From a virus, in IMG/VR virus record IMGVR_UViG_3300045988_069437, positions 1-13,399 of that record: a DNA stretch of 13,399 bases; one strand, written 5' to 3'. The notes below the pieces were generated by a model. It was not told where the DNA came from. It saw nothing but the letters and a program-made list of their open reading frames with translations, and searched no databases. The translations under genes were made by a program, and so were the position numbers. Below, piece by piece: positions 13,197 to 13,399 of the stretch. Each line of letters begins with the position of its first letter. Position 1 is the stretch's first letter.

Positions 13197-13225
13197 ATCT
13201 TATCAGAAAAAATACTAAAAGGCAA
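13197..13225 (-). promoter_or_regulatory. Candidate sigma-A-type early promoter
   Basis: The minus strand reads TTGCCT, then 17 nt ending in TGA, then TAAGAT. The -35 is at 13220-13225 and the -10, with a TGn extension, is at 13197-13202. It lies in an AT-rich tract 34 nt inside the right ITR and ~60 nt upstream of the first ATG. Confidence 0.4.
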
Positions 13226-13258
13226 CAACTTTTATCATTAAATATTCTAATACCAACA

Positions 13259-13399
13259 ATAAGAAAATAATATACCTCCGCTTTAGCACGTTAAAGCACA
13301 CCCTGTCCGCCTGCCACGTACAAAATGTGTCCGTGTTGTACGCACAAATGTGTCCGTGGGGGAAAGACAAATGTCCGCCTGTGGTGGTTAATCTATCGC
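13259..13399. repeat. Right inverted terminal repeat (ITR)
   Basis: Reverse complement of 13259-13399 matches nt 1-141 (see left ITR). The window ends exactly at the repeat. Confidence 0.97.

Noticed and set aside
1-13399. Canonical phi29-type pRNA gene near a genome end, plus tRNAs, CRISPR repeats, integrase or other lysogeny genes, transposases, and a terminase small subunit
   Set aside because: The non-coding DNA at the ends (213 and 266 nt) is almost entirely ITR, promoter and terminator. I saw no cloverleaf-like or repeat-spacer structures and no recombinase motifs. Absence of a pRNA cannot be proven by eye. The only candidate structured element is reported separately at 8065-8135.

Overview
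The window starts and ends exactly on ~141-bp inverted terminal repeats (ITRs). The first 59 nt are identical, followed by 7 mismatches. It carries 18 tightly packed genes, all on the minus strand, and reads as a complete linear genome of a very small (13.4 kb) protein-primed, phi29-like podophage. Strong GGAGG-type RBSs and a BhlA/UviB-type holin point to a Gram-positive (Bacillota) host. In transcription order (right to left) the genome contains: (1) a candidate sigma-A early promoter just inside the right ITR; (2) four tiny orphan ORFs, one of which (58 aa) is absent from the supplied ORF track; (3) a ribbon-helix-helix (RHH) regulator; (4) a candidate terminal protein coupled by an ATGA overlap to a family-B protein-primed DNA polymerase with all exonuclease and polymerase motifs visible; (5) a p5-like SSB; (6) a gp16-like packaging ATPase; (7) the only sizeable internal non-coding gap (111 nt, structured, with a TATAAT box but no -35); (8) the holin; (9) a phosphodiester-glycosidase (NAGPA) family protein in the endolysin slot; (10) a scaffold-like protein with Pro/Ala tandem repeats; (11) the major capsid protein (MCP), followed by a hairpin attenuator; (12) a gp9-like tail knob; (13) a gp13-like lysozyme-only tail hydrolase; (14) a gp10-like portal; (15) a putative lower collar; (16) a beta-helix tailspike; (17) a terminator. 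No tRNA, CRISPR array, integrase or transposase was seen. The most notable points are the miniaturised, unidirectional genome, the phased GGACA...TTTGT iterons inside the ITRs, and the holin-adjacent NAGPA enzyme where a canonical endolysin would be expected. All homology statements come from motif recognition and my memory of phi29 protein sequences. None comes from a search, so all need HMM or structure confirmation.
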